Assembly: GCA_964016885.1 (NCBI GenBank)
Contig: OZ024741.1
Coordinates: forward strand, 222,704,001 to 222,768,000
Length of the DNA: 64,000 nucleotides
DNA from: Eledone cirrhosa
Taxonomy: Eukaryota
Reading direction: 5' to 3'
The notes beneath the pieces were generated by a model. That model made no database searches. It had not been told where the DNA came from and worked only from the letters and a program-made list of their open reading frames with translations. Of the stretch, positions 47,713 to 62,700 are shown piece by piece. The position numbers were made by a program, and so were the translations under genes. Within the stretch, counting starts at the first letter, position 1, and every line of letters begins with the position of its first letter.

Positions 47713-50700
47713 ATGGGTATATTTTTGGATTGTGGGAGAGGTGGTGATGTTAATCTAGTTTGTTGTGATGGTGGTAGTGGTACTAGTGGTGTTGGTAGTG
47801 GTGGTAGTGGTACTAGTGGTGCTGGTGTTGGTAGTGGTGGTAGTGGTACTAGTGGTGTTGGTAGTGGTGGTAGTGGTACTAGTGGTGCTGGTGTTGGTAG
47901 TGGTGGTAGTGGTACTAGTGGTGCTGGTGTTGGTAGTGGTGGTAGTGGTACTAGTGGTGTTGGTAGTGGTGGTAGTGGTACTAGTGGTGCTGGTGTTGGT
48001 AGTGGTGGTAGTGGTACTAGTGGTGCTGGTGTTGGTAGTGGTGGTAGTGGTACTAGTGGTGCTGGTGTTGGTAGTGGTGGTAGTGGTACTAGTGGTGCTG
48101 GTGTTGGTAGTGGTGGTAGTGGTACTAGTGGTGCTGGTGTTGGTAGTGGTGGTAGTGGTACTAGTGGTGTTGGTAGTGGTGGTAGTGGTACTAGTGGTGC
48201 TGGTGTTGGTAGTGGTGGTAGTGGTACTAGTGGTGCTGGTGTTGGTAGTGGTGGTAGTGGTACTAGTGGTGTTGGTAGTGGTGGTAGTGGTACTAGTGGT
48301 GCTGGTGTTGGTAGTGGTGGTAGTGGTACTAGTGGTGCTGGTGTTGGTAGTGGTGTTAGTGATGGTACAAGTGGTACTGGTGTTGGTAGTGGTGTTAGTG
48401 ATGGTACTAGTGCTGCTGGTGTTGGTACTGGTGTTAGTGATGGTACTAGTGGTGCTGGTGTTGGTAGTGGTGTTAGTGATGGTACTAGTGGTGTTGGTGT
48501 TGGTAGTGGTGGTAGTGATGGTACTAGTGGTGCTGGTGTTGGTAGTGGTGGTAGTGATGGTACTAGTGGTGCTGGTGTTGGTAGTGGTGTTAGTGATGGT
48601 ACTAGTGGTGCTGGTGTTGGTAGTGGTGATAGTGATGGTACTAGTGGTGCTGGTGTTGGTAGTGGTGGTAGTGATGGTACTAGTGGTGTTGGTGTTGGTA
48701 GTGGTGGTAGTGATGGAACTAGTGGTGCTGGTGTTGGTAGTGGTGTTAGTGATGGTACTAGTGGTGCTGGTGTTGGTAGTGGTGTTAGTGATGGTACTAG
48801 TGGTGCTGGTGTTGGTAGTGGTGTTAGTGATGGTACTAGTGGTGTTGGTGTTGGTAGTGGTGTTAGTGATGGTACTAGTGGTGTTGGTGTTGGTAGTGGT
48901 GTTAGTGATGGTACTAGTGGTGTTGGTGTTGGTAGTGGTGTTAGTGATGGTACTAGTGGTGCTGGTGTTGGTAGTGGTGTTAGTGATGGTACTAGTGGTG
49001 TTGGTGTTGGTAGTGGTGTTAGTGATGGTACTAGTGGTGTTGGTGTTGGTAGTGGTGTTAGTGATGGTACTAGTGGTGTTGGTGTTGGTAGTGGTGTTAG
49101 TGATGGTACTAGTGGTGTTGGTGTTGGTAGTGGTGTTAGTGATGGTACTAGTGGTGCTGGTGTTGGTAGTGGTGGTAGTGATGGTACTAGTGGTGCTGGT
49201 GTTGGTAGTGGTGGTAGTGATGGTACTAGTGGTGCTGGTGTTGGTAGTGGTGTTAGTGATGGTACTAGTGGTGCTGGTGTTGGTAGTGGTGTTAGTGGTG
49301 GTACTAGTGGTGCTGGTGTTGGTAGTGGTGTTGGTGATGGTACTAGTGGTCCTGGTGTTGGTAGTGGTGTTAGTGATGGTACTAGTGGTGCTGGTGTTGG
49401 TAGTGGTGGTAGTGATGGTACTAGTGGTGCTGGTGTTGGTAGTGGTGGTAGTGGTACTAGTGGTGCTGGTGTTGGTAGTGGTGTTAGTGATGGTACTAGT
49501 GGTGCTGGTGTTGGTAGTGGTGTTAGTGATGGTACTAGTGGTGTTGGTGTTGGTAGTGGTGTTAGTGGTGGTACTAGTGGTGCTGGTGTTGGTAGTGGTG
49601 TTAGTGATGGTACTAGTGGTGCTGGTGTTGGTAGTGGTGTTAGTGATGGTACTAGTGGTGCTGGTGTTGGTAGTGGTGTTAGTGATGGTACTAGTGGTGC
49701 TGGTGTTGGTAGTGGTGTTAGTGGTGGTACTAGTGGTGCTGGTGTTGGTAGTGGTGTTAGTGATGGTACTAGTGGTGCTGGTGTTGGTAGTGGTGTTAGT
49801 GACGGTACTAGTGGTGCTGGTGTTGGTAGTGGTGGTAGTGATGGTACTAGTGGTGCTGGTGTTGGTAGTGGTGGTAGTGATGGTACTAGTGGTGCTGGTG
49901 TTGGTAGTGGTGTTAGTGATGGTACTAGTGGTGCTGGTGTTGGTAGTGGTGTTAGTGGTGGTACTAGTGGTGCTGGTGTTGGTAGTGGTGTTGGTGATGG
50001 TACTAGTGGTCCTGGTGTTGGTAGTGGTGTTAGTGATGGTACTAGTGGTGCTGGTGTTGGTAGTGGTGGTAGTGATGGTACTAGTGGTGCTGGTGTTGGT
50101 AGTGGTGGTTGTGGTACTAGTGGTGCTGGTGTTGGTAGTGGTGTTAGTGATGGTACTAGTGGTGCTGGTGTTGGTAGTGGTGTTAGTGATGGTACTAGTG
50201 GTCCTGGTGTTGGTAGTGGTGTTAGTGGTACTAGTGGTGCTGGTGTTGGTAGTGGTGTTAGTGGTGCTGGTGTTGGTAGTGGTGGTTGTGGTACTAGTGG
50301 TGCTGGTGTTGGTAGTGGTGTTAGTGATGGTACTAGTGGTGCTGGTGTTGGTAGTGGTGTTAGTGATGGTACTAGTGGTCCTGGTGTTGGTAGTGGTGTT
50401 AGTGGTACTAGTGGTGCTGGTGTTGGTAGTGGTACTAGTGGTTCTGGTGTTGGTAGTGGTGATAGTGATGGTACTAGTGGTGCTGGTGTTGGTAGTGGTG
50501 TTAGTGGTGGTACTAGTGGTGCTGGTGTTGGTAGTGGTGTTAGTGGTGGTACTAGTGGTGCTGGTGTTGGTAGTGGTGGTAGTGATGGTACTAGTGGTTC
50601 TGGTGTTGGTAGTGGTGATAGTGATGGTACTAGTGGTTCTGGTGTTGGTAGTGGTGATAGTGATGGTACTAGTGGTGCTGGTTTTGGTAGTGGTGTTAGT

Positions 50701-53700
50701 GGTGGTACTAGTGGTGCTGGTGTTGGCAGTGGTGTTAGTGATGGTACTAGTGGTGCTGGTGTTGGTAGTGGCGTTAGTGGTGGTACTAGTGGTGCTGGTG
50801 TTGGTAGTGGTGTTAGTGGTGGTACTAGTGGTGCTGGTGTTGGTAGTGGTGGTAGTGATGGTACTAGTGGTGCTGGTGTTGGTAGTGGTGGTAGTGATGG
50901 TACTAGTGGTGCTGGTGTTGGTAGTGGTGGTAGTGGTGGTAGTAGTGGTGCTGGTGTTGGTAGTGGTGGTAGTGGTACTAGTGGTGCTGGTGTTGGTAGT
51001 GGTGTTAGTGATGGTAGTAGTGGTGCTGGTGTTGGTAGTGGTGGTAGTGATGCTAGTGGTGCTGGTGTTGGTAGTGGTGGTAGTGGTACTAGTGGTGCTG
51101 GTGTTGGTAGTGGTGGTAGTGATGGTACTAGTGGTGCTGGTGTTGGTAGTGGTGGTAGTGGTACTAGTGGTGCTGGTGTTGGTAGTGGTGTTAGTGATGG
51201 TACTAGTGGTGCTGGTGTTGGTAGTGGTGGTAGTGATGGTACTAGTGGTGCTGGTGTTGGTAGTGGTGGTAGTGATGGTACTAGTGGTGCTGGTGTTGGT
51301 AGTGGTGGTAGTGATGGTACTAGTGGTGCTGGTGTTGGTAGTGGTGGTAGTGATGGTACTAGTGGTGCTGGTGTTGGTAGTGGTGTTAGTGATGGTACTA
51401 GTGGTGCTGGTGTTGGTAGTGGTGGTAGTGGTACTAGTGGTGCTGGTGTTGGTAGTGGTGGTAGTGATGGAACTAGTGGTGCTGGTGTTGGTAGTGGTGG
51501 TAGTGATGGTACTAGTGGTGCTGGTGTTGGTAGTGGTGTTAGTGATGGTACTAGTGGTGCTGGTGTTGGTAGTGGTGTTAGTGATGGTACTAGTGGTGCT
51601 GGTGTTGGTAGTGGTGTTAGTGGTACTAGTGGTGCTGGTGTTGGTAGTGGTGGTTGTGGTACTAGTGGTGCTGGTGTTGGTAGTGGTGGTAGTGATGGTA
51701 CTAGTGGTGCTGGTGTTGGTAGTGGTGTTAGTGATGGTACTAGTGGTTCTGGTGTTGGTAGTGGTGGTAGTGATGGTACTAGTGGTGCTGGTGTTGGTAG
51801 TGGTGGTAGTGGTACTAGTGGTGCTGGTGTTGGTAGTGGTGTTAGTGATGGTACTAGTGGTGCTGGTGTTGGTAGTGGTGGTAGTGGTACTAGTGGTGCT
51901 GGTGTTGGTAGTGGTGGTAGTGATGGAACCAGTGGTGCTGGTGTTGGTAGTGGTGTTAGTGATGGTACTAGTGGTGCTGGTGTTGGTAGTGGTGGTAGTG
52001 ATGGTACTAGTGGTGCTGGTGTTGGTAGTGGTGTTAGTGATGGTACTAGTGGTGCTGGTGTTGGTAGTGGTGGTAGTGATGGTACTAGTGGTGCTGGTGT
52101 TGGTAGTGGTGGTAGTGATGGTACTAGTGGTGCTGGTGTTGGTAGTGGTGGTAGTGGTACTAGTGGTGCTGGTGTTGGTAGTGGTGTTAGTGATGGTACT
52201 AGTGGTGCTGGTGTTGGTAGTGGTGGTAGTGGTACTAGTGGTGCTGGTGTTGGTAGTGGTGTTAGTGATGGTACTAGTGGTGCTGGTGTTGGTAGTGGTG
52301 GTAGTGGTGGTACTAGTGGTGCTGGTGTTGGTAGTGGTGTTAGTGATGGTACTAGTGGTGCTGGTGTTGGTAGTGGTGTTAGTGATGGTACTAGTGGTGC
52401 TGGTGTTGGTAGTGGTGTTAGTGATGGTACTAGTGGTGCTGGTGTTGGTAGTGGTGGTAGTGATGGTACTAGTGGTGCTGGTGTTGGTAGTGGTGTTAGT
52501 GATGGTACTAGTGGTGCTGGTGTTGGTAGTGGTGGTAGTGATGGTACTAGTGGTGCTGGTGTTGGTAGTGGTGGTAGTGATGGTACTAGTGGTGCTGGTG
52601 TTGGTAGTGGTGTTAGTGATGGTACTAGTGGTGCTGGTGTTGGTAGTGGTGGTAGTGATGGTACTAGTGGTGCTGGTGTTGGTAGTGGTGGTAGTGGTAC
52701 TAGTGGTACTGGTGTTGGTAGTGGTGTTAGTGATGGTACTAGTGGTGCTGGTGTTGGTAGTGGTGTTAGTGATGGTACTAGTGGTGCTGGTGTTGGTAGT
52801 GGTGGTAGTGATGGTACTAGTGGTGCTGGTGTTGGTAGTGGTGTTAGTGATGGTACTAGTGGTGCTGGTGTTGGTAGTGGTGGTAGTGATGGTACTAGTG
52901 GTGCTGGTGTTGGTAGTGGTGGTAGTGGTACTAGTGGTACTGGTGTTGGTAGTGGTGTTAGTGATGGTACTAGTGGTGCTGGTGTTGGTAGTGGTGTTAG
53001 TGATGGTACTAGTGGTGCTGGTGTTGGTAGTGGTGGTAGTGATGGTACTAGTGGTGCTGGTGTTGGTAGTGGTGTTAGTGATGGTACTAGTGGTGCTGGT
53101 GTTGGTAGTGGTGTTAGTGATGGTACTAGTGGTGCTGGTGTTGGTAGTGGTGGTAGTGGTACTAGTGGTACTGGTGTTGGTAGTGGTGTTAGTGATGGTA
53201 CTAGTGGTGCTGGTGTTGGTAGTGGTGTTAGTGGTACTAGTGGTGCTGGTGTTGGTAGTGGTGTTAGTGGTACTAGTGGTGCTGGTGTTGGTAGTGGTGG
53301 TAGTGGTACTAGTGGTGCTGGTGTTGGTAGTGGTGTTAGTGATGGTACTAGTGGTGCTGGTGTTGGTAGTGGTGTTAGTGGTACTAGTGGTGCTGGTGTT
53401 GGTAGTGGTGTTAGTGGTACTAGTGGTGCTGGTGTTGGTAGTGGTGTTAGTGGTACTAGTGGTGCTGGTGTTGGTAGTGGTGTTAGTGGTACTAGTGGTG
53501 CTGGTGTTGGTAGTGGTGGTAGTGATGGTAGTAGTGGTGCTGGTGTTGGTAGTGGTGGTAGTGATGGTACTAGTGGTGCTGGTGTTGGTAGTGGTGTTAG
53601 TGATGGTACTAGTGGTGCTGGTGTTGGTAGTGGTGGTAGTGATGGTAGTAGTGGTGCTGGTGTTGGTAGTGGTGGTAGTGATGGTACTAGTGGTGCTGGT

Positions 53701-56700
53701 GTTGGTAGTGGTGTTAGTGATGGTACTAGTGGTGCTGGTGTTGGTAGTGGTGTTAGTGATGGTACTAGTGGTGCTGGTGTTGGTAGTGGTGTTAGTGATG
53801 GTACTAGTGGTCCTGGTGTTGGTAGTGGTGGTAGTGATGGTACTAGTGGTGCTGGTGTTGGTAGTGGTGGTAGTGATGGTACTAGTGGTGCTGGTGTTGG
53901 TAGTGGTGTTAGTGATGGTACTAGTGGTGCTGGTGTTGGTAGTGGTGGTAGTGATGGTACTAGTGGTGCTGGTGTTGGTAGTGGTGGTAGTGATGGTACT
54001 AGTGGTGCTGGTGTTGGTAGTGGTGTTAGTGATGGTACTAGTGGTGCTGGTGTTGGCAGTGGTGTTAGTGGTACTAGTGGTGCTGGTGTTAGTAGTGGTG
54101 TTAGTGATGGTACTAGTGGTGCTGGTGTTGGTAGTGGTGTTAGTGATGGTACTAGTGGTGTTGGTGTTGGTAGTGGTGTTAGTGATGGTACTAGTGGTGC
54201 TGGTGTTGGTAGTGGTGTTAGTGATGGTACTAGTGGTGCTGGTGTTGGTAGTGGTGGTAGTGTTACTAGTGGTGCTGGTGTTAGTAGTGGTGTTAGTGAT
54301 GGTACTAGTGGTGCTGGTGTTGGTAGTGGTGGTAGTGATGGTACTAGTGGTGCTGGTGTTGGTAGTGGTGGTAGTGGTACTAGTGGTGCTGGTGTTGGTA
54401 GTGGTGTTAGTGATGGTACTAGTGGTGCTGGTGTTGGTAGTGGTGGTAGTGATGGTACTAGTGGTGCTGGTGTTGGTAGTGGTGGTAGTGATGGTAGTAG
54501 TGGTGCTGGTGTTGGTAGTGGTGGTAGTTATGGTACTAGTGGTGCTGGTGTTGGTAGTGGTGGTAGTGGTACTAGTGGTGCTGGTGTTGGTAGTGGTGTT
54601 AGTGATGGTACTAGTGGTCCTGGTGTTGGTAGTGGTGGTAGTGATGGTACTAGTGGTGCTGGTGTTGGTAGTGGTGGTAGTGGTACTAGTGGTGCTGGTG
54701 TTGGTAGTGGTGTTAGTGATGGTACTAGTGGTGCTGGTGTTGGTAGTGGTGGTAGTGATGGTACTAGTGGTGCTGGTGTTGGTAGTGGTGGTAGTGATGG
54801 TACTAGTGGTGCTGGTGTTGGTAGTGGTGGTAGTGATGGTACTAGTGGTGCTGGTGTTGGTAGTGGTGGTAGTGATGGTACTAGTGGTGCTGGTGTTGGT
54901 AGTGGTGTTAGTGATGGTACTAGTGGTGCTGGTGTTGGTAGTGGTGGTAGTGGTACTAGTGGTGCTGGTGTTGGTAGTGGTGGTAGTGATGGAACTAGTG
55001 GTGCTGGTGTTGGTAGTGGTGGTAGTGATGGTACTAGTGGTGCTGGTGTTGGTAGTGGTGTTAGTGATGGTACTAGTGGTGCTGGTGTTGGTAGTGGTGT
55101 TAGTGATGGTACTAGTGGTGCTGGTGTTGGTAGTGGTGTTAGTGGTACTAGTGGTGCTGGTGTTGGTAGTGGTGGTTGTGGTACTAGTGGTGCTGGTGTT
55201 GGTAGTGGTGGTAGTGATGGTACTAGTGGTGCTGGTGTTGGTAGTGGTGTTAGTGATGGTACTAGTGGTTCTGGTGTTGGTAGTGGTGGTAGTGATGGTA
55301 CTAGTGGTGCTGGTGTTGGTAGTGGTGGTAGTGGTACTAGTGGTGCTGGTGTTGGTAGTGGTGTTAGTGATGGTACTAGTGGTGCTGGTGTTGGTAGTGG
55401 TGGTAGTGGTACTAGTGGTGCTGGTGTTGGTAGTGGTGGTAGTGATGGAACCAGTGGTGCTGGTGTTGGTAGTGGTGTTAGTGATGGTACTAGTGGTGCT
55501 GGTGTTGGTAGTGGTGGTAGTGATGGTACTAGTGGTGCTGGTGTTGGTAGTGGTGTTAGTGATGGTACTAGTGGTGCTGGTGTTGGTAGTGGTGGTAGTG
55601 ATGGTACTAGTGGTGCTGGTGTTGGTAGTGGTGGTAGTGATGGTACTAGTGGTGCTGGTGTTGGTAGTGGTGGTAGTGGTACTAGTGGTGCTGGTGTTGG
55701 TAGTGGTGTTAGTGATGGTACTAGTGGTGCTGGTGTTGGTAGTGGTGGTAGTGGTACTAGTGGTGCTGGTGTTGGTAGTGGTGTTAGTGATGGTACTAGT
55801 GGTGCTGGTGTTGGTAGTGGTGGTAGTGGTGGTACTAGTGGTGCTGGTGTTGGTAGTGGTGTTAGTGATGGTACTAGTGGTGCTGGTGTTGGTAGTGGTG
55901 TTAGTGATGGTACTAGTGGTGCTGGTGTTGGTAGTGGTGTTAGTGATGGTACTAGTGGTGCTGGTGTTGGTAGTGGTGGTAGTGATGGTACTAGTGGTGC
56001 TGGTGTTGGTAGTGGTGTTAGTGATGGTACTAGTGGTGCTGGTGTTGGTAGTGGTGGTAGTGATGGTACTAGTGGTGCTGGTGTTGGTAGTGGTGGTAGT
56101 GATGGTACTAGTGGTGCTGGTGTTGGTAGTGGTGTTAGTGATGGTACTAGTGGTGCTGGTGTTGGTAGTGGTGGTAGTGATGGTACTAGTGGTGCTGGTG
56201 TTGGTAGTGGTGGTAGTGGTACTAGTGGTACTGGTGTTGGTAGTGGTGTTAGTGATGGTACTAGTGGTGTTGGTGTTGGTAGTGGTGTTAGTGATGGTAC
56301 TAGTGGTGCTGGTGTTGGTAGTGGTGGTAGTGATGGTACTAGTGGTGCTGGTGTTGGTAGTGGTGTTAGTGATGGTACTAGTGGTGCTGGTGTTGGTAGT
56401 GGTGGTAGTGATGGTACTAGTGGTGCTGGTGTTGGTAGTGGTGGTAGTGGTACTAGTGGTACTGGTGTTGGTAGTGGTGTTAGTGATGGTACTAGTGGTG
56501 CTGGTGTTGGTAGTGGTGTTAGTGATGGTACTAGTGGTGCTGGTGTTGGTAGTGGTGGTAGTGATGGTACTAGTGGTGCTGGTGTTGGTAGTGGTGTTAG
56601 TGATGGTACTAGTGGTGCTGGTGTTGGTAGTGGTGTTAGTGATGGTACTAGTGGTGCTGGTGTTGGTAGTGGTGGTAGTGGTACTAGTGGTACTGGTGTT

Positions 56701-59700
56701 GGTAGTGGTGTTAGTGATGGTACTAGTGGTGCTGGTGTTGGTAGTGGTGTTAGTGGTACTAGTGGTGCTGGTGTTGGTAGTGGTGTTAGTGGTACTAGTG
56801 GTGCTGGTGTTGGTAGTGGTGTTAGTGGTACTAGTGGTGCTGGTGTTGGTAGTGGTGTTAGTGGTACTAGTGGTGCTGGTGTTGGTAGTGGTGTTAGTGG
56901 TACTAGTGGTGCTGGTGTTGGTAGTGGTGTTAGTGGTACTAGTGGTGCTGGTGTTGGTAGTGGTGGTAGTGATGGTAGTAGTGGTGCTGGTGTTGGTAGT
57001 GGTGGTAGTGATGGTACTAGTGGTGCTGGTGTTGGTAGTGGTGTTAGTGATGGTACTAGTGGTGCTGGTGTTGGTAGTGGTGGTAGTGATGGTACTAGTG
57101 GTGCTGGTGTTGGTAGTGGTGTTAGTGATGGTACTAGTGGTGCTGGTGTTGGTAGTGGTGGTAGTGATGGTAGTAGTGGTGCTGGTGTTGGTAGTGGTGG
57201 TAGTGATGGTACTAGTGGTGCTGGTGTTGGCAGCGGTGTTAGTGGTACTAGTGGTGCTGGTGTTAGTAGTGGTGTTAGTGATGGTACTAGTGGTGCTGGT
57301 GTTGGTAGTGGTGTTAGTGATGGTACTAGTGGTGTTGGTGTTGGTAGTGGTGTTAGTGATGGTACTAGTGGTGCTGGTGTTGGTAGTGGTGTTAGTGATG
57401 GTACTAGTGGTGCTGGTGTTGGTAGTGGTGGTAGTGTTACTAGTGGTGCTGGTGTTAGTAGTGGTGTTAGTGATGGTACTAGTGGTGCTGGTGTTGGTAG
57501 TGGTGGTAGTGATGGTACTAGTGGTGCTGGTGTTGGTAGTGGTGGTAGTGGTACTAGTGGTGCTGGTGTTGGTAGTGGTGTTAGTGATGGTACTAGTGGT
57601 GCTGGTGTTGGTAGTGGTGGTAGTGATGGTACTAGTGGTGCTGGTGTTGGTAGTGGTGGTAGTGATGGTAGTAGTGGTGCTGGTGTTGGTAGTGGTGGTA
57701 GTTATGGTACTAGTGGTGCTGGTGTTGGTAGTGGTGGTAGTGGTACTAGTGGTGCTGGTGTTGGTAGTGGTGTTAGTGATGGTACTAGTGGTCCTGGTGT
57801 TGGTAGTGGTGTTAGTGATGGTACTAGTGGTGCTGGTGTTGGTAGTGGTGGTAGTGATGGTAGTAGTGGTGCTGGTGTTGGTAATGGTGGTAGTGATGGT
57901 ACTAGTGGTGCTGGTGTTGGTAGTGGTGTTAGTGATGGTACTAGTGGTGTTGGTGTTGGTAGTGGTGTTAGTGATGGTACTAGTGGTGCTGGTGTTGGTA
58001 GTGGTGGTAGTGATGGTACTAGTGGTGCTGGTGTTGGTAGTGGTGTTAGTGGTGGTACTAGTGGTGCTGGTGTTGGTAGTGGTGTTAGTGATGGTACTAG
58101 TGGTGCTGGTGTTGGGAGTGGTGTTAGTGATGGTACTAGTGGTCCTGGTGTTGGTAGTGGTGTTTGTGATGGTACTAGTGGTGCTGGTGTTGGTAGTGGT
58201 GTTAGTGATGGTACTAGTGGTGTTGGTGTTGGTAGTGGTGGTTGTGGTACTAGTGGTGCTGGTGTTGGTAGTGGTGGTAGTGATGGTACTAGTGGTGCTG
58301 GTGTTGGTAGTGGTGTTAGTGATGGTACTAGTGGTGCTGGTGTTGGTAGTGGTGGTAGTGGTACTAGTGGTGCTGGTGTTGGTAGTGGTGTTAGTGATGG
58401 TACTAGTGGTGCTGGTGTTGGTAGTGGTGTTAGTGATGGTACTAGTGGTGCTGGTGTTGGTAGTGGTGGTAGTGATGGTACTAGTGGTGCTGGTGTTGGT
58501 AGTGGTGTTAGTGATGGTACTAGTGGTGCTGGTGTTGGTAGTGGTGTTAGTGATGGTACTAGTGGTGTTGGTGTTGGTAGTGGTGTTAGTGATGGTACTA
58601 GTGGTGCTGGTGTTGGTAGTGGTGGTAGTGGTACTAGTGGTGCTGGTGTTGGTAGTGGTGTTAGTGATGGTACTAGTGGTGCTGGTGTTGGTAGTGGTGT
58701 TAGTGATGGTACTAGTGGTGCTGGTGTTGGTAGTGGTGGTAGTGGTACTAGTGGTGCTGGTGTTGGCAGTGGTGTTAGTGATGGTACTAGTGGTGCTGGT
58801 GTTGGTAGTGGTGTTAGTGATGGTACTAGTGGTGCTGGTGTTGGTAGTGGTGGTAGTGGTACTAGTGGTGCTGGTGTTAGTAGTGGTGTTAGTGATGGTA
58901 CTAGTGGTGCTGGTGTTGGTAGTGGTGGTAGTGGTACTAGTGGTGCTGGTGTTAGTAGTGGTGTTAGTGATGGTACTAGTGGTCCTGGTGTTGGTAGTGG
59001 TGTTAGTGATGGTACTAGTGGTGCTGGTGTTGGTAGTGGTGGTAGTGATGGTACTAGTGGTGCTGGTGTTGGTAGTGGTGGTAGTGATGGTACTAGTGGT
59101 GCTGGTGTTGGTAGTGGTGTTAGTGATGGTACTAGTGGTGCTGGTGTTGGTAGTGGTGTTAGTGATGGTACTAGTGGTGCTGGTGTTGGTTGTGGTGTTA
59201 GTGATGGTACTAGTGGTCCTGGTGTTGGTAGTGGTGTTAGTGATGGTACTAGTGGTGCTGGTGTTGGTGCTGGTGTTGGTAGTGGTGGTAGTGGTACTAG
59301 TGGTCCTGGTGTTGGTAGTGGTGGTTGTGGTACTAGTGGTGCTGGTGTTGGAAGTGGTGTTAGTGATGGTACTAGTGGTGCTGGTGTTGGTAGTGGTGGT
59401 AGTGATGGTACTAGTGGTGCTGGTGTTGGTAGTGGTGTTAGTGATGGTACTAGTGGTGCTGGTGTTGGTAGTGGTGGTAGTGATGGTACTAGTGGTGCTG
59501 GTGTTGGTAGTGGTGTTAGTGATGGTACTAGTGGTGCTGGTGTTGGTAGTGGTGTTAGTGATGGTACTAGTGGTGCTGGTGTTGGTAGTGGTGTTAGTGA
59601 TGGTACTAGTGGTGCTGGTGTTGGTAGTGGTGGTAGTGATGGTACTAGTGGTGCTGGTGTTGGTAGTGGTGTTAGTGATGGTACTAGTGGTGCTGGTGTT

Positions 59701-62700
59701 GGTAGTGGTGTTAGTGATGGTACTAGTGGTGTTGGTGTTGGTAGTGGTGTTAGTGATGGTACTAGTGGTGCTGGTGTTGGTAGTGGTGGTAGTGGTACTA
59801 GTGGTGCTGGTGTTGGTAGTGGTGTTAGTGATGGTACTAGTGGTGCTGGTGTTGGTAGTGGTGTTAGTGATGGTACTAGTGGTGCTGGTGTTGGTAGTGG
59901 TGGTAGTGGTACTAGTGGTGCTGGTGTTGGCAGTGGTGTTAGTGATGGTACTAGTGGTGCTGGTGTTGGTAGTGGTGTTAGTGATGGTACTAGTGGTGCT
60001 GGTGTTGGTAGTGGTGGTAGTGGTACTAGTGGTGCTGGTGTTAGTAGTGGTGTTAGTGATGGTACTAGTGGTGCTGGTGTTGGTAGTGGTGGTAGTGGTA
60101 CTAGTGGTGCTGGTGTTAGTAGTGGTGTTAGTGATGGTACTAGTGGTCCTGGTGTTGGTAGTGGTGTTAGTGATGGTACTAGTGGTGCTGGTGTTGGTAG
60201 TGGTGGTAGTGATGGTACTAGTGGTGCTGGTGTTGGTAGTGGTGGTAGTGATGGTACTAGTGGTGCTGGTGTTGGTAGTGGTGTTAGTGATGGTACTAGT
60301 GGTGCTGGTGTTGGTAGTGGTGTTAGTGATGGTACTAGTGGTGCTGGTGTTGGTTGTGGTGTTAGTGATGGTACTAGTGGTCCTGGTGTTGGTAGTGGTG
60401 TTAGTGATGGTACTAGTGGTGCTGGTGTTGGTGCTGGTGTTGGTAGTGGTGGTAGTGGTACTAGTGGTCCTGGTGTTGGTAGTGGTGGTTGTGGTACTAG
60501 TGGTGCTGGTGTTGGAAGTGGTGTTAGTGATGGTACTAGTGGTGCTGGTGTTGGTAGTGGTGGTAGTGATGGTACTAGTGGTGCTGGTGTTGGTAGTGGT
60601 GTTAGTGATGGTACTAGTGGTGCTGGTGTTGGTAGTGGTGGTAGTGATGGTACTAGTGGTGCTGGTGTTGGTAGTGGTGTTAGTGATGGTACTAGTGGTG
60701 CTGGTGTTGGTAGTGGTGGTAGTGATGGTACTAGTGGTGCTGGTGTTGGTAGTGGTGGTAGTGATGGTACTAGTGGTGCTGGTGTTGGTAGTGGTGGTAG
60801 TGGTGGTACTAGTGGTGCTGGTGTTGGTAGTGGTGGTAGTGGTACTAGTGGTGCTGGTGTTGGTAGTGGTGTTAGTGATGGTACTAGTGGTGCTGGTGTT
60901 GGTAGTGGTGGTCGTGGTACTAGTGGTGCTGGTGTTGGTAGTGGTGGTAGTGATGGTACTAGTTGTGCTGGTGTTGGTAGTGGTGTTAGTGATGGTACTA
61001 GTGGTGCTGGTGTTGGTAGTGGTGTTAGTGATGGTACTAGTGGTGCTGGTGTTGGTAGTGGTGTTAGTGATGGTACTAGTGGTGCTGGTGTTGGTAGTGG
61101 TGGTTGTGGTACTAGTGGTGCTGGTGTTGGTAGTGGCGGTAGTGATGGTAGTAGTGGTGCTGGTGTTGGTAGTGGTGTTAGTGATGGTACTAGTGGTGCT
61201 GGTGTTGGTAGTGGTGGTAGTGGTACTAGTGGTGCTGGTGTTGGTAGTGGTGTTAGTGATGGTACTAGTGGTGCTGGTGTTGGTAGTGGTGGTAGTGATG
61301 GTACTAGTGGTGCTGGTGTTGGTAGTGGTGTTAGTGATGGTACTAGTGGTGCTGGTGTTGGTAGTGGTGGTAGTGATGGTACTAGTGGTGCTGGTGTTGG
61401 TAGTGGCGGTAGTGATGGTAGTAGTGGTGCTGGTGTTGGTAGTGGTGTTAGTGATGGTACTAGTGGTGCTGGTGTTGGTAGTGGTGGTAGTGGTACTAGT
61501 GGTGCTGGTGTTGGTAGTGGTGTTAGTGATGGTACTAGTGGTGCTGGTGTTGGTAGTGGTGTTAGTGATGGTACTAGTGGTGCTGGTGTTGGTAGTGGTG
61601 GTAGTGGTACTAGTGGTGCTGGTGTTGGTAGTGGTGGTAGTGATGGTACTAGTGGTGCTGGTGTTGGTAGTGGTGGTAGTGATGGTACTAGTGGTGCTGG
61701 TGTTGGTAGTGGTGTTAGTGATGGTACTAGTGGTGCTGGTGTTGGTAGTGGTGTTAGTGATGGTACTAGTGGTGCTGGTGTTGGTAGTGGTGTTAGTGAT
61801 GGTACTAGTGGTGCTGGTGTTGGTAGTGGTGTTAGTGATGGTACTAGTGGTGCTGGTGTTGGTAGTGGTGTTAGTGATGGTACTAGTGGTGCTGGTGTTG
61901 GTAGTGGTGGTAGTGATGGTACTAGTGGTGCTGGTGTTGGTAGTGGTGTTAGTGGTGGTACTAGTGGTCCTGGTGTTGGTAGTGGTGGTAGTGATGGTAC
62001 TAGTGGTGCTGGTGTTGGTAGTGGTGTTAGTGATGGTACTAGTGGTCCTGGTGTTGGTAGTGGTGTTAGTGATGGTACTAGTGGTGCTGGTGTTGGTAGT
62101 GGTGTTAGTGATGGTACTAGTGGTCCTGGTGTTGGTAGTGGTGGTAGTGATGGTACTAGTGGTGCTGGTGTTGGTAGTGGTGTTAGTGATGGTACTAGTG
62201 GTCCTGGTGTTGGTAGTGGTGTTAGTGATGGTACTAGTGGTGCTGGTGTTGGTAGTGGTGTTAGTGATGGTACTAGTGGTCCTGGTGTTGGTAGTGGTGG
62301 TAGTGATGGTACTAGTGGTGCTGGTGTTGGTACTGGTGTTAGTGATGGTACTAGTGGTCCTGGTGTTGGTAGTGGTGGTAGTGATGGTACTAGTGGTGCT
62401 GGTGTTGGTAGTGGTGGTAGTGGTACTAGTGGTGCTGGTGTTGGTAGTGGTGTTAGTGATGGTACTAGTGGTGCTGGTGTTGGTAGTGGTGTTAGTGATG
62501 GTACTAGTGGTCCTGGTGTTGGTAGTGGTGTTAGTGATGGTACTAGTGGTGCTGGTGTTGGTAGTGGTGTTAGTGATGGTACTAGTGGTGCTGGTGTTGG
62601 TAGTGGTGTTAGTGGTGGTACTCGTGGTGCTGGTGTTGGTAGTGGTGGTAGTGATGGTACTAGTGGTGTTGGTAGTGGTGGTAGTGGTACTAGTGGTGTT